Part shown: in pieces, positions 19,691 to 29,469 of the stretch
Layout of the letters: each line of letters starts with the position of its first letter
Position numbering within the stretch: the first letter of the stretch is position 1
IMG/VR virus record: IMGVR_UViG_3300005077_000565
Location: 64,001-128,000 of that record
Length of the DNA stretch: 64,000 nt
DNA from: a virus
Strand: one strand, 5' to 3'
Notes under the pieces: generated by a model
The model's database searches: none
Told to the model about the DNA's origin: nothing
The model's input: only the letters and a program-made list of their open reading frames with translations
Program-made: the position numbers and the translations under genes

Positions 19691-20653
19691 ATGAAAAATT
19701 TTATACAAATTATTTTCGCCGCCGCCCTGTCATTGACATCTGCGGTATCTTTCGCCTGGCAGCCCAGTGGACCTGTTCATGTAGTAATTCCTGCTCCTGC
19801 AGGTTCACTACATGACAAAGCATTTAAAACAATTCAATCAGAGTTTGAACGTCAAACTGGCGTCAGCGTGATTGTTGAATATAAGCCCGGCGCCGCCGGA
19901 GCAGTTGGCACCAATGCATTTATGAAAATGCCAGCCGACGGTCATCACATGTTGGTATCTGGTAGCCTAAGTCACGCACTGGGAGAAATCGCCGCACCCA
20001 AAGTAACATCCTGGAATTTCCGCAGCGATTTTGAATATGCATCAACATTTGCATTTTCAACAATTACACTAGTGTCAGCCAAGGATTCTAAAGTAAATTC
20101 GCTGGACCGGCTACTTTCTAGAATTTCTGCAGGGGATACACTAAAATATGGTATTACCTTCCCTAATCAAGAAGCCCTGATTCGTATAATCTATGAAAAG
20201 TCCGGCGCAGATATTAATCGTGCAGTTTTTGTAAAATACAATGATCCCGCTCAGGCTTTGGTGGATGTTGTCAACAATTCATTAGATGTATTTGTTGGAG
20301 CAGTGCCAGCATCAGTACCACTATATAGATCTGGCAAGGTAGAATTTATTGCAGTGAGCGCCACCGCGCCCATTGAATTTTTACCTAATACGCCAACATT
20401 GGCATCAAAATTTAAAGGACTGACACAAGATACCAATCTAATTGTTTCGTTACGCCAGGGATCACCTGCAGGTGCCGCAGAATGGTGGAACCGTGCTATT
20501 TCGGCCGCGGCACTGTCTGAATCGGCTAAAACGTTGCGTGCCGGATCTTTTCTGTATCTAGACAAAAATACAATGTCAATGCAACAGACTGCTAAAGTTG
20601 TGAGTGATGCACACCGTGAGTGGGCCGGCGTATACCGACAAATTTATAAATGA
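19691..20653 (+). CDS. tctC: Tripartite tricarboxylate transporter substrate-binding protein (Bug/TctC)
   Basis: Signal peptide, WQPSGPVHVVIPAPAGS, VEYKPGAAGAVG, PNTPTL. Confidence 0.85.
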   Translation: MKNFIQIIFAAALSLTSAVSFAWQPSGPVHVVIPAPAGSLHDKAFKTIQSEFERQTGVSVIVEYKPGAAGAVGTNAFMKMPADGHHMLVSGSLSHALGEIAAPKVTSWNFRSDFEYASTFAFSTITLVSAKDSKVNSLDRLLSRISAGDTLKYGITFPNQEALIRIIYEKSGADINRAVFVKYNDPAQALVDVVNNSLDVFVGAVPASVPLYRSGKVEFIAVSATAPIEFLPNTPTLASKFKGLTQDTNLIVSLRQGSPAGAAEWWNRAISAAALSESAKTLRAGSFLYLDKNTMSMQQTAKVVSDAHREWAGVYRQIYK

Positions 20654-20673
20654 TACTTAATTTTATTAGTCAA

Positions 20674-20700
20674 AATAAAAGGGGCGTAGCCCCTTTTATT
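20674..20700. terminator. Bidirectional intrinsic terminator
   Basis: AATAAAAGGGGC-GTA-GCCCCTTTTATT perfect inverted repeat between convergent genes. Confidence 0.85.
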
Positions 20701-21652
20701 ATGCTTCTTCGATGGACCTTAATAATCCAGGGCTAAAAAAGTCATAGTATTTCTGTCTTACTGGCAAACAAGCTTCAACCATACGTTGTTTTTCTTCGGC
20801 CGACATGAATACTGTTGGTATACCAACAGCAGCGGCCTCGGCCTGCACACGTGAATTATCAGCAATACTTTCTAGTCGTTCAACCTTGGCAACTTTAATA
20901 GCGATTTCTCGAATTGTTGCCTGATCTTCAGCCGACATTGAATTAAACACTGGTGCATGCATGATCATTGAAGTTAAAAATAAACTATGTTCCGTGTGAT
21001 TAATAAATTTAGCTGATGTGTTATACCCACCAGAAAAGAATCTGGCGTAGGTAGTTGATCCCATGTCAACCTCTCCGGCATCTAGTTTTTCCTTAAACAA
21101 ATCAATACTTTCAGGATATGGGGTAGCACCCAACGCAGTGAATGTATCTACACTGATTGGTGATTTACTACAAAACATAGTAGCTCCAGTAAAATCCTCT
21201 AAACGCTCAATTCTACGGTCTCCAGCAATTACACGGAACCCACCACTATAGGTAAAGGCCAGCGCCATCAAATCTGAGTCAGCCTGGTGCAACCCGTCTA
21301 GAATTATTCTTCCAATTGCCCCATCAAGAACACGTGTTGCATGGTCATCATCTCTGAATAAAAATGGAACTCCTACGCAGAAAAAATCTTTACTGATAGT
21401 GCCTAAATTTTCAACGTATGTTGTGGCGATATCAATACTGCCGGATTTAACCAGTTTGATGACTTTATGGCGATCTACCGATTTGTATGAAATATCTACA
21501 CCGCGATCTTCGGCCCACTGTGCTAGGCTTACAACATTAACGCTGTACCTGCCGGCAGTTCGTTCAGCCACCTCATCGGCAAATTGTCTGGTGGCATTTA
21601 AAAATAAATCATAGGGCTCGTGTGCAATCACCCAGGTTAATACTTGACTCAT
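20699..21652 (-). CDS. dctP: TRAP transporter DctP-like substrate-binding protein lacking a signal peptide
   Basis: VPFLFRDDDHA, FTYSGGFRVI, IERLEDFTG, FTALGATP, TEHSLFLT; no hydrophobic N-terminus. Confidence 0.8.
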   Translation of the reverse strand: MSQVLTWVIAHEPYDLFLNATRQFADEVAERTAGRYSVNVVSLAQWAEDRGVDISYKSVDRHKVIKLVKSGSIDIATTYVENLGTISKDFFCVGVPFLFRDDDHATRVLDGAIGRIILDGLHQADSDLMALAFTYSGGFRVIAGDRRIERLEDFTGATMFCSKSPISVDTFTALGATPYPESIDLFKEKLDAGEVDMGSTTYARFFSGGYNTSAKFINHTEHSLFLTSMIMHAPVFNSMSAEDQATIREIAIKVAKVERLESIADNSRVQAEAAAVGIPTVFMSAEEKQRMVEACLPVRQKYYDFFSPGLLRSIEEA

Positions 21653-23127
21653 GATGTCTCCTGTTGTTTATCAATTAACTTATTTAGCATAAGTTTTATG
21701 TATGAATACGCTATCACTAGTATTATAGCAGATAGCATCAAAATTGTAATCCAGTTGTGATAGAAAATTGACCAATCTCCGCCGGATATCGTTAGACTAC
21801 GCTTTAACATAGTCTCCAATTTGGGTCCCAGTATAAATCCGATAATAAATGAAACGATTTCCAGTCGTAAACTGGCAAATAGGTATCCGATGACCGAAAG
21901 TATAGCCAGTATAAGAACATCAAATGCGTTATTGCGTACACTATATACTGATATTAGAGATATACTAAATATTAATGGCAACAGGATAGTTCTGGGGATC
22001 AATAGTAAAGAAGTCCAGACACGTATTAGTGGCACGTTTAATACCAATAACAACACATTACCAATTAACATGCTGGCCGCAATCCCCCAGAAAACAGTAG
22101 AATTCTCACTGATAAGAGCTGGGCCCGGAATGATACCCATCATCATTAGTGCACCTAGCATTATTGCCATCACGGCGTTTTCTGGCAGTCCCATGCTTAA
22201 CAACGGAATATATCCGGCATGCGCACTAGCATTGTTGGCGGCTTCCGGTGCGCTCACACCAGCCACTGACCCGGTACCTAAGTCATTGGAATATTTAGAT
22301 TCCACCGAGTATGCGGCGTAGGAACTTATTGTTATACCACCGCCGGGCAGCAGACCTAAAATAGAACCCACCGCAGTACCACGTAACGCCGGCGGTATTA
22401 TTTTTAATAAATTTTGTCTGATATTATCAAATTTAAATTTTTCTTTTATAACCACTGCGACTTTGTCGTTTGAAAAATTGTAGGAGATTTCGCTGACGGC
22501 AAAAAACGCCACTGTCAGTGCAATAAAATTCACACCGTCATATAGATCTGGAATATCTAAACTAAATCTCGAAACTCCAGAAGTTATATCAACACCAATC
22601 ATACCCACTAGACTGCCCAGAAGAGAAAGCATAAATCCTGAAACTATTGTTCCACTGGAGGTCACCGCTGATATAACGATGAACGCCAGCAAAATCATCA
22701 ACGTGTACTCGGGGGGCCCAAATGCAAATGCTACATCAGCAATCGCCGGTGCAAACAAAATCAGTAATATTGTTGCCACGATACCGCCGATGAAACTAGA
22801 AACGCCAGCTGAAAAAATAGCCAGACCAGCCTGCCCGGTCTGTGCTAGACGATGCCCATCTTTGACTGTCATGATGCTAGAAGATTCCCCGGGAATATTA
22901 AATAATATTGCGGTAGTTGATCCACCGTACTGTGATCCATAGTATATACCTGACAAGAATGCAATTCCACTGATGGGTCCTAGTGTTATTGCCACTGGCA
23001 ATAATAAACTGACGGCAGTGGCCGGGCCTAGGCCTGGTAACAATCCCACTGCAGTACCCAGCAGACATCCGATTGCAGTGTAAAGCAGGTGCTGAAAGGT
23101 AAAATCAGTTATTAAATATTCAATCAT
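21649..23127 (-). CDS. tctA: Tripartite tricarboxylate transporter large permease TctA
   Basis: GLLPGLGP, GIYYGSQYGG, NIPGE, APEAANNA, GIIPGP; many TM helices. Confidence 0.92.
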   Translation of the reverse strand: MIEYLITDFTFQHLLYTAIGCLLGTAVGLLPGLGPATAVSLLLPVAITLGPISGIAFLSGIYYGSQYGGSTTAILFNIPGESSSIMTVKDGHRLAQTGQAGLAIFSAGVSSFIGGIVATILLILFAPAIADVAFAFGPPEYTLMILLAFIVISAVTSSGTIVSGFMLSLLGSLVGMIGVDITSGVSRFSLDIPDLYDGVNFIALTVAFFAVSEISYNFSNDKVAVVIKEKFKFDNIRQNLLKIIPPALRGTAVGSILGLLPGGGITISSYAAYSVESKYSNDLGTGSVAGVSAPEAANNASAHAGYIPLLSMGLPENAVMAIMLGALMMMGIIPGPALISENSTVFWGIAASMLIGNVLLLVLNVPLIRVWTSLLLIPRTILLPLIFSISLISVYSVRNNAFDVLILAILSVIGYLFASLRLEIVSFIIGFILGPKLETMLKRSLTISGGDWSIFYHNWITILMLSAIILVIAYSYIKLMLNKLIDKQQETS

Positions 23128-23522
23128 ACTATAACTTGGCGCAACAAAAAGTAATCAATAACAGCAGTTAAGAGCAACGCAGCCGCCAGAGTAATAGTCA
23201 TATTTTTTATGTCTATTCCACGGTTAAACACCACTGATGATAAAATAGCAACAACAGCAACACTGGCGAATATATTTGCCTGCAACGCCTGATAGCCCAG
23301 GAAAAAAATCACAAACACACCGACGGTAGTATATACATTGATTCTCACAGTCTCACTATGCCGTAAAGACGCTGCAAGATTATATACACCATAGACCAGA
23401 CAGCCCAGTGCAACGTAAAGTGGCACTGGGTATTTTTCCTGGTAGTCTCCTAGGTAAATTTGGACTAAAAAATATGCTGAAATTAATACGTAGATTATAC
23501 CGATTAATAATTTTCTATTCAT
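23124..23522 (-). CDS. Small membrane protein, TctB-like by size and position
   Basis: 132 aa with 4-5 hydrophobic segments, directly upstream of and overlapping tctA. Confidence 0.55.
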   Translation of the reverse strand: MNRKLLIGIIYVLISAYFLVQIYLGDYQEKYPVPLYVALGCLVYGVYNLAASLRHSETVRINVYTTVGVFVIFFLGYQALQANIFASVAVVAILSSVVFNRGIDIKNMTITLAAALLLTAVIDYFLLRQVIV

Positions 23523-23525
23523 AAA

Positions 23526-24023
23526 TTACTCTCGACCCGATAACAATGTATACAACAGTGGATTTTTGCTTCGGTCAGTTGATTTGAAATCCAGAATCTG
23601 GTCCAGTGAATTGCCAATGGAGAATTTCTTATTTTGTTCTGAAAACGCACGAATTATTGTTCCGATTTTAACCGGAGTCAATTCCAGACCAACCTTGGGT
23701 GTCATGCCGCCACATGTGATATCAGGTATGATTAAATCGTCCATGATGAAAACATTCTTAGTTTTCGGCAGATTTTTTATAATATGTGCGGCTCCGAAAA
23801 TAATCACTGACAGGTTTTCATCTGTGGCAAGACGTTGTTCAAGACTGAATCTCAGTGAAGAATTTTTCGGGTATACTTGGTCGCAGGAATACACAACTAC
23901 GTCCACACAATAGTCGTAGACGTTTTCCATGAATGCCGCTGCGGCAACATGGTTTGGCAGTATTACTACCGTGCTATATCTGATATAATCAATATTTGTT
24001 GATTGCTGGTATCGAGAGTCCAT
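23526..24023 (-). CDS. Hypothetical protein
   Basis: 165-aa ORF within the minus-strand operon. Confidence 0.6.
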   Translation of the reverse strand: MDSRYQQSTNIDYIRYSTVVILPNHVAAAAFMENVYDYCVDVVVYSCDQVYPKNSSLRFSLEQRLATDENLSVIIFGAAHIIKNLPKTKNVFIMDDLIIPDITCGGMTPKVGLELTPVKIGTIIRAFSEQNKKFSIGNSLDQILDFKSTDRSKNPLLYTLLSGRE

Positions 24024-25284
24024 TTTTTGGAAATTTCCAGGGTATAGGTGATATGATGTCTGAAAGTGCGTCCCTGAACACTTGCTTGTTAAGTTTATAT
24101 TTTGCAGGTATATTGGTTAAGTATTCAACCACAGCCCAGTCAGCGAAGGGGTGCACCCAGTTGACTGCGGTGTCCTGTGTATATGAATATAACCGAAAAC
24201 ACGACTGATCCACTGATTGGATATGCAAAAGACGATTGAAGTAATCAGCAGTTTCCGGGAATCGTTCAAAAGTAGTGCGATAGTAATCCACCGCTTGATC
24301 TGCAATCACCCGCTCGTGGTCCGATCCCAGTAATCCGGCGTCTGTTGTTGCGGCCTTGTGATGAGTCATCACATGCAGTGCCAGGTATTTGCACACACCC
24401 AATAGGTCATCTGGGCGCTGTGCTGCATATACCAACGGTGTCTGTGAGTATACACTAGGCCCAACTTCACCGGTGAATATCGTGTGATCGCTGAAATTGT
24501 AATTATTCACTACGTATTTTTTAGAGCCAAACGGATTTTCACGCCAATAAGAAAAAAAACGATCGTTTTCCTGATCTGACAAAATTTCACCACTGTATTC
24601 GGTCACCGCATACAGTGTATTGGTTCCATAATACTGGTCCAACTGTCGAACAATGTCCACGTCTGAATAAATCTGGCGAGGACTAGTTATCGTAACAGTA
24701 GATATATCACCGATATCTGCCGCCAGCATACAGCCTAATAGACTAGAACTGTCCTTGCCACCACTTAAAAATATTAAGTTTTTATCACCGGCCAGTTTAG
24801 ACACAGCCGACATCAAGAGCGATCGAAAATGATCGGGATCAAACTCATAGGCACTGGCCTGCATTATCTGGCAATAGTGTGTGATTTGTCCGTTTTTAAC
24901 ATAGGTTCCGGGTTCTACACGTAGCACACCTTGAACAGTGGTTCGATTTGATATGTTGTAGCCGCCGAACTGTCGAATAAAATTGACAATTTCTGCATCG
25001 GCCTCGATGTTATCTAAACTGTTGCGAACACGTACAAAAACATCACCTACTGCTTGGTCAGTGTAAAACAGTGATTGTGTTGCATAGTGATCCACGGCAA
25101 AAATTGTTGTCTTGGGGGATACAAATACCAGAGAAAAATTGCCACGTATCTGATGTGGAAATATACCAAGATCCAGATACTTGACTAGTGCACCGGTGTC
25201 CAGTGTTATTTCTCCGGACAGATATAAGTCACCAGTCCGTGTTTTATAATGCTGAAATTGTGTGGATTCTAATAACAGTTTCAT
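23989..25284 (-). CDS. Asparagine-synthetase-like ATP-dependent amide ligase with degenerate glutaminase domain
   Basis: FLSGGKDSS PP-loop, IFTGE, HPFAD, K..FRDA; N-terminal GEI..GNFSLV..VDHYA..LFY but no Cys at position 2. Confidence 0.75.
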   Translation of the reverse strand: MKLLLESTQFQHYKTRTGDLYLSGEITLDTGALVKYLDLGIFPHQIRGNFSLVFVSPKTTIFAVDHYATQSLFYTDQAVGDVFVRVRNSLDNIEADAEIVNFIRQFGGYNISNRTTVQGVLRVEPGTYVKNGQITHYCQIMQASAYEFDPDHFRSLLMSAVSKLAGDKNLIFLSGGKDSSSLLGCMLAADIGDISTVTITSPRQIYSDVDIVRQLDQYYGTNTLYAVTEYSGEILSDQENDRFFSYWRENPFGSKKYVVNNYNFSDHTIFTGEVGPSVYSQTPLVYAAQRPDDLLGVCKYLALHVMTHHKAATTDAGLLGSDHERVIADQAVDYYRTTFERFPETADYFNRLLHIQSVDQSCFRLYSYTQDTAVNWVHPFADWAVVEYLTNIPAKYKLNKQVFRDALSDIISPIPWKFPKNGLSIPAINKY

Positions 25285-26012
25285 TACATGGCATGTAATG
25301 GGTAGTGTTGTTTAACACATCCATCCATATCAAACATTTCTGGTTTAAGTTTGATATACTTGGCAACACTGATGGCATAAAGATCATTAATGAATTCTTC
25401 AGCTAATGCATCGCAACGATCCTGTTGTTCTTGTGTAACACATAGTTCTTCTAGTTTTTTACGACCAATGCTGGAGTGGAATTTTTCATCACGAGCAATT
25501 TCTAAATATTTTTTAGCTAAAAACGGATCCTTGGCAGTACTGGCAATCATACTCCAGTTACGTGCAGCTCGACCCTCGCCGATAAAGTTATAGACTGCCT
25601 GTGCCAGTGGATCTGTTGCAGATTCATACTTGTCCATGAGTTGACTGGGGCCAACAATACCGGTCTGATTACGTTGTTTGATACGTTCGACATGCTGTTG
25701 AATATCAACCGGTGCACCTGTCAGATGCTCGATAATTTCTACACCAATTCTAAAATGTTTGGCTTCGTCCATGGCATGCTTACACAGCGTCCACATTTCT
25801 TCAGGTGTAGTATCATCTGAAAGATTGGATACACGACGTGCAACGCCAACACAATTGCCACGCTCATTGACCATACGTGGGATAAAATATTCAACTAGCT
25901 GGTCAGTGGTAGGGTTGGAATCAAAGAATGCCTTGACCCGTCCTTCAGAAAACTGAAATAGTGGTTCGCATTTTTGTTTTAATTTTTTAACATAATCTTT
26001 AGAATCAATCAT
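25284..26012 (-). CDS. Ferritin-like diiron-carboxylate protein
   Basis: NE..DEAKH..GE..DEKFH paired ExxH motifs. Confidence 0.75.
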   Translation of the reverse strand: MIDSKDYVKKLKQKCEPLFQFSEGRVKAFFDSNPTTDQLVEYFIPRMVNERGNCVGVARRVSNLSDDTTPEEMWTLCKHAMDEAKHFRIGVEIIEHLTGAPVDIQQHVERIKQRNQTGIVGPSQLMDKYESATDPLAQAVYNFIGEGRAARNWSMIASTAKDPFLAKKYLEIARDEKFHSSIGRKKLEELCVTQEQQDRCDALAEEFINDLYAISVAKYIKLKPEMFDMDGCVKQHYPLHAM

Positions 26013-26021
26013 CGTATATCC

Positions 26022-26474
26022 TTAAATTCTTAGAGCCACAAAAATATTTGGGCCGTATTCAACACCTTGGTTGACTACTTCTCCGACTTCGGTAAATCCA
26101 AAAGTCTTATATGCTGAAAGCGCATCTAATCGTGGTAGACTCCAGATCAGTCCGCATCCAGCCTCTATTGCAGATTGTTTAACAAAATTAAACAACAACT
26201 GAGCTACACCCTGTCGCCGATATTCGTCAAATACATATATTCCGCGACTACGGTAGTGCAATTTACTGGTCTGATGACAACTGTTTACCCCGATTATCCG
26301 GCCGTCTAATTCAGCAACTGAAAATCTCGCCGTGTATTTATTATAAATTTCGTTATCATATTCGCCTAGAAAACATAGACTGCTCATGGGACGTAAGTTA
26401 CGACTGTTGGGCCAGAGGTATTCACTCCAGACTGGCAGTACTTCGTTAAAACCAACTTCTTTAACCGTAATCAC
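26022..26474 (-). CDS. GNAT acetyltransferase
   Basis: YVFDEYRRQGVAQLL acetyl-CoA motif A; AYKTFGF. Confidence 0.85.
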   Translation of the reverse strand: MITVKEVGFNEVLPVWSEYLWPNSRNLRPMSSLCFLGEYDNEIYNKYTARFSVAELDGRIIGVNSCHQTSKLHYRSRGIYVFDEYRRQGVAQLLFNFVKQSAIEAGCGLIWSLPRLDALSAYKTFGFTEVGEVVNQGVEYGPNIFVALRI

Positions 26475-27136
26475 ATCAGACTCCGATACATATCTCTGAC
26501 AATTCTTTCAGTTAACCCAATATTAAACACTGCCAGTGTCATGTGATCATACATGCTAAACAGTGAATGTCGTTTGACAGTGTTCATCATGTACATACGC
26601 CCGTTTTCAAAATTTAAAATTTCTTTGTCTTGCCAGATGAAAAAACTAACATCTTTACGAAAGTTAATGGGCAAAATAATTCTGAAAGATGTGTTGTAGA
26701 TGGCGTCTCGGTGTGGTGGGAAATAACCACCGCGTGAGAGCCGTAAAAAATGGCTACGGAATAGTTGGTCGCCAATCAGCTCATTGAAAGGTTGAAAATC
26801 AGGAAGGCCGAGGCCAACTTCGGTCAGATGATGAAAATCATTTTCTATATAATGTGTGTTGTTGGCCTGGTTGTACTGCCGTATACTGTCCAGGCTGATG
26901 GGATCAATTAGACCACCATCAATGCTAGTATAGGGTAACCCATAGCGTGCGATACCACCATCGCGCTGGTTATACTTCTGCCAGCTGGATTCCCAGCGAC
27001 TGAGTTGATTAAGTAACCGATCAGGTTCAAATTTAAATTTAAGCGGTATTAAATCACCAAGAGTGAACAGTCGCTGATATAGATTATTTTTCTCTGGCCA
27101 GGCCTCGATCACTGATTGTTGTATTTGGTGCGCCAT
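26471..27136 (-). CDS. 2OG-Fe(II)/AspH-like oxygenase
   Basis: GGYFPPHRD..NTVKRHS (HxD..H). Confidence 0.75.
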   Translation of the reverse strand: MAHQIQQSVIEAWPEKNNLYQRLFTLGDLIPLKFKFEPDRLLNQLSRWESSWQKYNQRDGGIARYGLPYTSIDGGLIDPISLDSIRQYNQANNTHYIENDFHHLTEVGLGLPDFQPFNELIGDQLFRSHFLRLSRGGYFPPHRDAIYNTSFRIILPINFRKDVSFFIWQDKEILNFENGRMYMMNTVKRHSLFSMYDHMTLAVFNIGLTERIVRDMYRSLM

Positions 27137-27160
27137 GATATGATATTATTGGTATAACCC

Positions 27161-27168
27161 TATTTATA
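27161..27168 (-). promoter_or_regulatory. T4-type late promoter box TATAAATA
   Basis: Exact TATAAATA on the minus strand, 24 nt upstream of ATG 27136, heading the 27136-to-20699 gene run. Confidence 0.55.
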
Positions 27169-27225
27169 GAGTATTTACTATTTTACTTTACGTCATCAAC
27201 TATGTCAATAAAATAAATAATTTTG

Positions 27226-27735
27226 ATGAACATTGATTCTGGAAAACGATATGCATTGACTGGACACACTGGGGGTATTGGTGCCCATCTATTCCAGCAT
27301 CTGCCAGCTGGCTCACTGGGATTCAGTAGATCCCTGGGTTATGATATAAATCGTCGCGCTGATCGTGATCGTATCATTGCTGAGTCTTCGGAAGTTGATA
27401 TTTTTATAAACAACGCATCTGATGGTTTTGGTCAAGTACAGTTGTTTGTTGAACTACTTCAGAACTGGCGTGATCAGGACAAAACGATAATAAATGTCGG
27501 TAGTCGCGTTGCCGAAATTATATTACCTGAACATCGTCTGGAACTAATGAAATACCAATCTGAAAAACTAATACTACGTGAAATGTCACTGCGTGTACCC
27601 AGTGGTATTCGGTGCCGGGTAAATTATCGATGGTTTGGTTATGTAGGCACTGAACGAATACTAAAAAAATATCCGCACTTTACTCCAGATAACTACATAA
27701 CAGTAGAGCAGGCCTGCGAAATAATACTATCATGA
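27226..27735 (+). CDS. Short SDR-like oxidoreductase
   Basis: ALTGHTGGIG, FINNA, IINVGS, YQSEK (YxxxK). Confidence 0.7.
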   Translation: MNIDSGKRYALTGHTGGIGAHLFQHLPAGSLGFSRSLGYDINRRADRDRIIAESSEVDIFINNASDGFGQVQLFVELLQNWRDQDKTIINVGSRVAEIILPEHRLELMKYQSEKLILREMSLRVPSGIRCRVNYRWFGYVGTERILKKYPHFTPDNYITVEQACEIILS

Positions 27736-28325
27736 AATATTTTAAAAAATTAGACCTTCCAATATATCAGAATGTGTTGGGTGAACTAGAGCAATTGTTA
27801 AACTCTGGAAAAATAAATTGGGGGCGACAAAATCAAATTTGTCTAAATACCACAACAGATTTTCCAGACAGTTTTCTATTGGGCGCCGGTAGTCTGGAAT
27901 TTGACTGGTCCAAGGTCAATAATCAGACGGCACAGAGTGGTGTGGTAAAGCAATCGGTACCGCTCAAAGATGTTATATTAAACGAATCTGATTTCACTGA
28001 ATTGTGCCCGCAATTCGAGGGCACTGTTTTTGAAAAAATATATCATGATCTCAAGTCTAGATACCATCTTGGTAGGATCAGGATCATTAAATCAGAGCCC
28101 AAATCCTGCATGAGCTGGCATTATGATCGTACTCCTAGAATACATCTTCCCATCAAGACACAGGAAGGTTGTTTCATGGTCATCAATGATGAAGTTGCCT
28201 TCCTGGAAGCCAACACCTGGTGGGGTACTAACACTGTACTAAAGCACACTGCTTTTAACGGGTCACGGGCTAGTAGGATACACCTAGTGGCTGTAATATT
28301 AGACTGTGAATATGATAACTTCTGA
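27732..28325 (+). CDS. AspH-like 2OG-Fe(II) oxygenase
   Basis: SWHYD..RIHLPIKT..KHTAFNG..RIHLV. Confidence 0.8.
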   Translation: MKYFKKLDLPIYQNVLGELEQLLNSGKINWGRQNQICLNTTTDFPDSFLLGAGSLEFDWSKVNNQTAQSGVVKQSVPLKDVILNESDFTELCPQFEGTVFEKIYHDLKSRYHLGRIRIIKSEPKSCMSWHYDRTPRIHLPIKTQEGCFMVINDEVAFLEANTWWGTNTVLKHTAFNGSRASRIHLVAVILDCEYDNF

Positions 28326-29010
28326 ATTAATACACGAACTTGACCTAGACCTTGACGCTTTTGAGTTCGATCCGGCCGCATTGTCAGTTCCAGAAAAGTC
28401 TAGAAGAACACTGCGCGGCGTTTCATTTTTAAGCGATACTGGTGAATCGACGTCGGGATTTAATTATACGCTGTCTATGTTCAAAGAAAATGAACAGGGC
28501 CAACGATGTTTTGATGTCGGTTATCTGAAGCAACATCAGATTAGGTCACCGAGAGCACATCGAACACCCACTGAATTGTATCATCTAGTAAAGCACAATT
28601 TTGACAAAATAGCAGCTCTGGGTATAGAACTATTCAGAGCTAGACTTAGTGTGATAGGACCCGGCCAGTCGATTCCGCGACATTTGGACTCAACTTCAGA
28701 AGGCGACTATTGTCTAAAGCTACACATACCATTGCGCACAAATCCCGATGCCTGGTTTATGTTTGACGAACATCAGTTTCATCTCAGAGAGAATCGTGCC
28801 TACATTGTCAATGTAGCGCCAGCACACTGGTTTGAAAATCGTGGCACTGTCGCCAGGTACCATATATTAGCTGATTGTATTGTAACAAATAAAAATCTAC
28901 CGTTTTATTGTGAACATTACAACCAACTAATAGAGTACTATGATGACTGGGATCGTCTAGTATTGTCAGATTCCGATCAAACTGAGTTTATTCAGAGGCT
29001 GGTACCTTGA
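28312..29010 (+). CDS. AspH-like 2OG-Fe(II) oxygenase
   Basis: IPRHLD..LHIPLRTN..AHWFENRG..RYHI. Confidence 0.8.
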   Translation: MITSELIHELDLDLDAFEFDPAALSVPEKSRRTLRGVSFLSDTGESTSGFNYTLSMFKENEQGQRCFDVGYLKQHQIRSPRAHRTPTELYHLVKHNFDKIAALGIELFRARLSVIGPGQSIPRHLDSTSEGDYCLKLHIPLRTNPDAWFMFDEHQFHLRENRAYIVNVAPAHWFENRGTVARYHILADCIVTNKNLPFYCEHYNQLIEYYDDWDRLVLSDSDQTEFIQRLVP

Positions 29011-29455
29011 GTGGGTCACCGACATTCTCAACAGCAATACCGAATACTGGTTTGAGTTCCTGAATAATGCGCTGTGGTTGATCAACCACCGACTGAATAA
29101 CAGCCGCTGCCTGTTCTGTAGTGAGTTCGGCAAACTCGTATGAAGCATTCAGGCCCACTGATTCAAAAGCAGCCAGATAATCATCTCTTTTAACTTCGGC
29201 AACAAACGCATCATGTGTTTCCGCGGAATCCCAGATATTGATCAGTTCTAGTTTGTTGTCAGCAACAATCACTGTTTTAGATCTGAACATGAGTCGATCT
29301 TTGTATTTCCTATAAGCCAGGTTATAGAGATTTTTAGAATCCTCATACAGCACAGGCTCCAGCATATTTTGGATTCTGTATTCTTCTTTGGTGAGATAAT
29401 TTGCAGCCCAGTCTGAAGTTGTGGTATGGACTGCTGACAGTTTTGACATAAACAT
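28988..29455 (-). CDS. Hypothetical protein
   Basis: 155-aa ORF with AAGGAG RBS 9 nt upstream. Confidence 0.7.
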   Translation of the reverse strand: MFMSKLSAVHTTTSDWAANYLTKEEYRIQNMLEPVLYEDSKNLYNLAYRKYKDRLMFRSKTVIVADNKLELINIWDSAETHDAFVAEVKRDDYLAAFESVGLNASYEFAELTTEQAAAVIQSVVDQPQRIIQELKPVFGIAVENVGDPLKVPASE

Positions 29456-29469
29456 TTATGTTTGCTCCT

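Noticed and set aside
11232-29455. RiPP precursor peptide for the rSAM and Asn-synthetase-like enzymes (for example 11232..11459 or 28988..29455)
   Set aside because: No leader/core pattern, no repeated cores, and no recognisable RRE/PqqD or peptidase in the window. A precursor elsewhere in the genome cannot be excluded.
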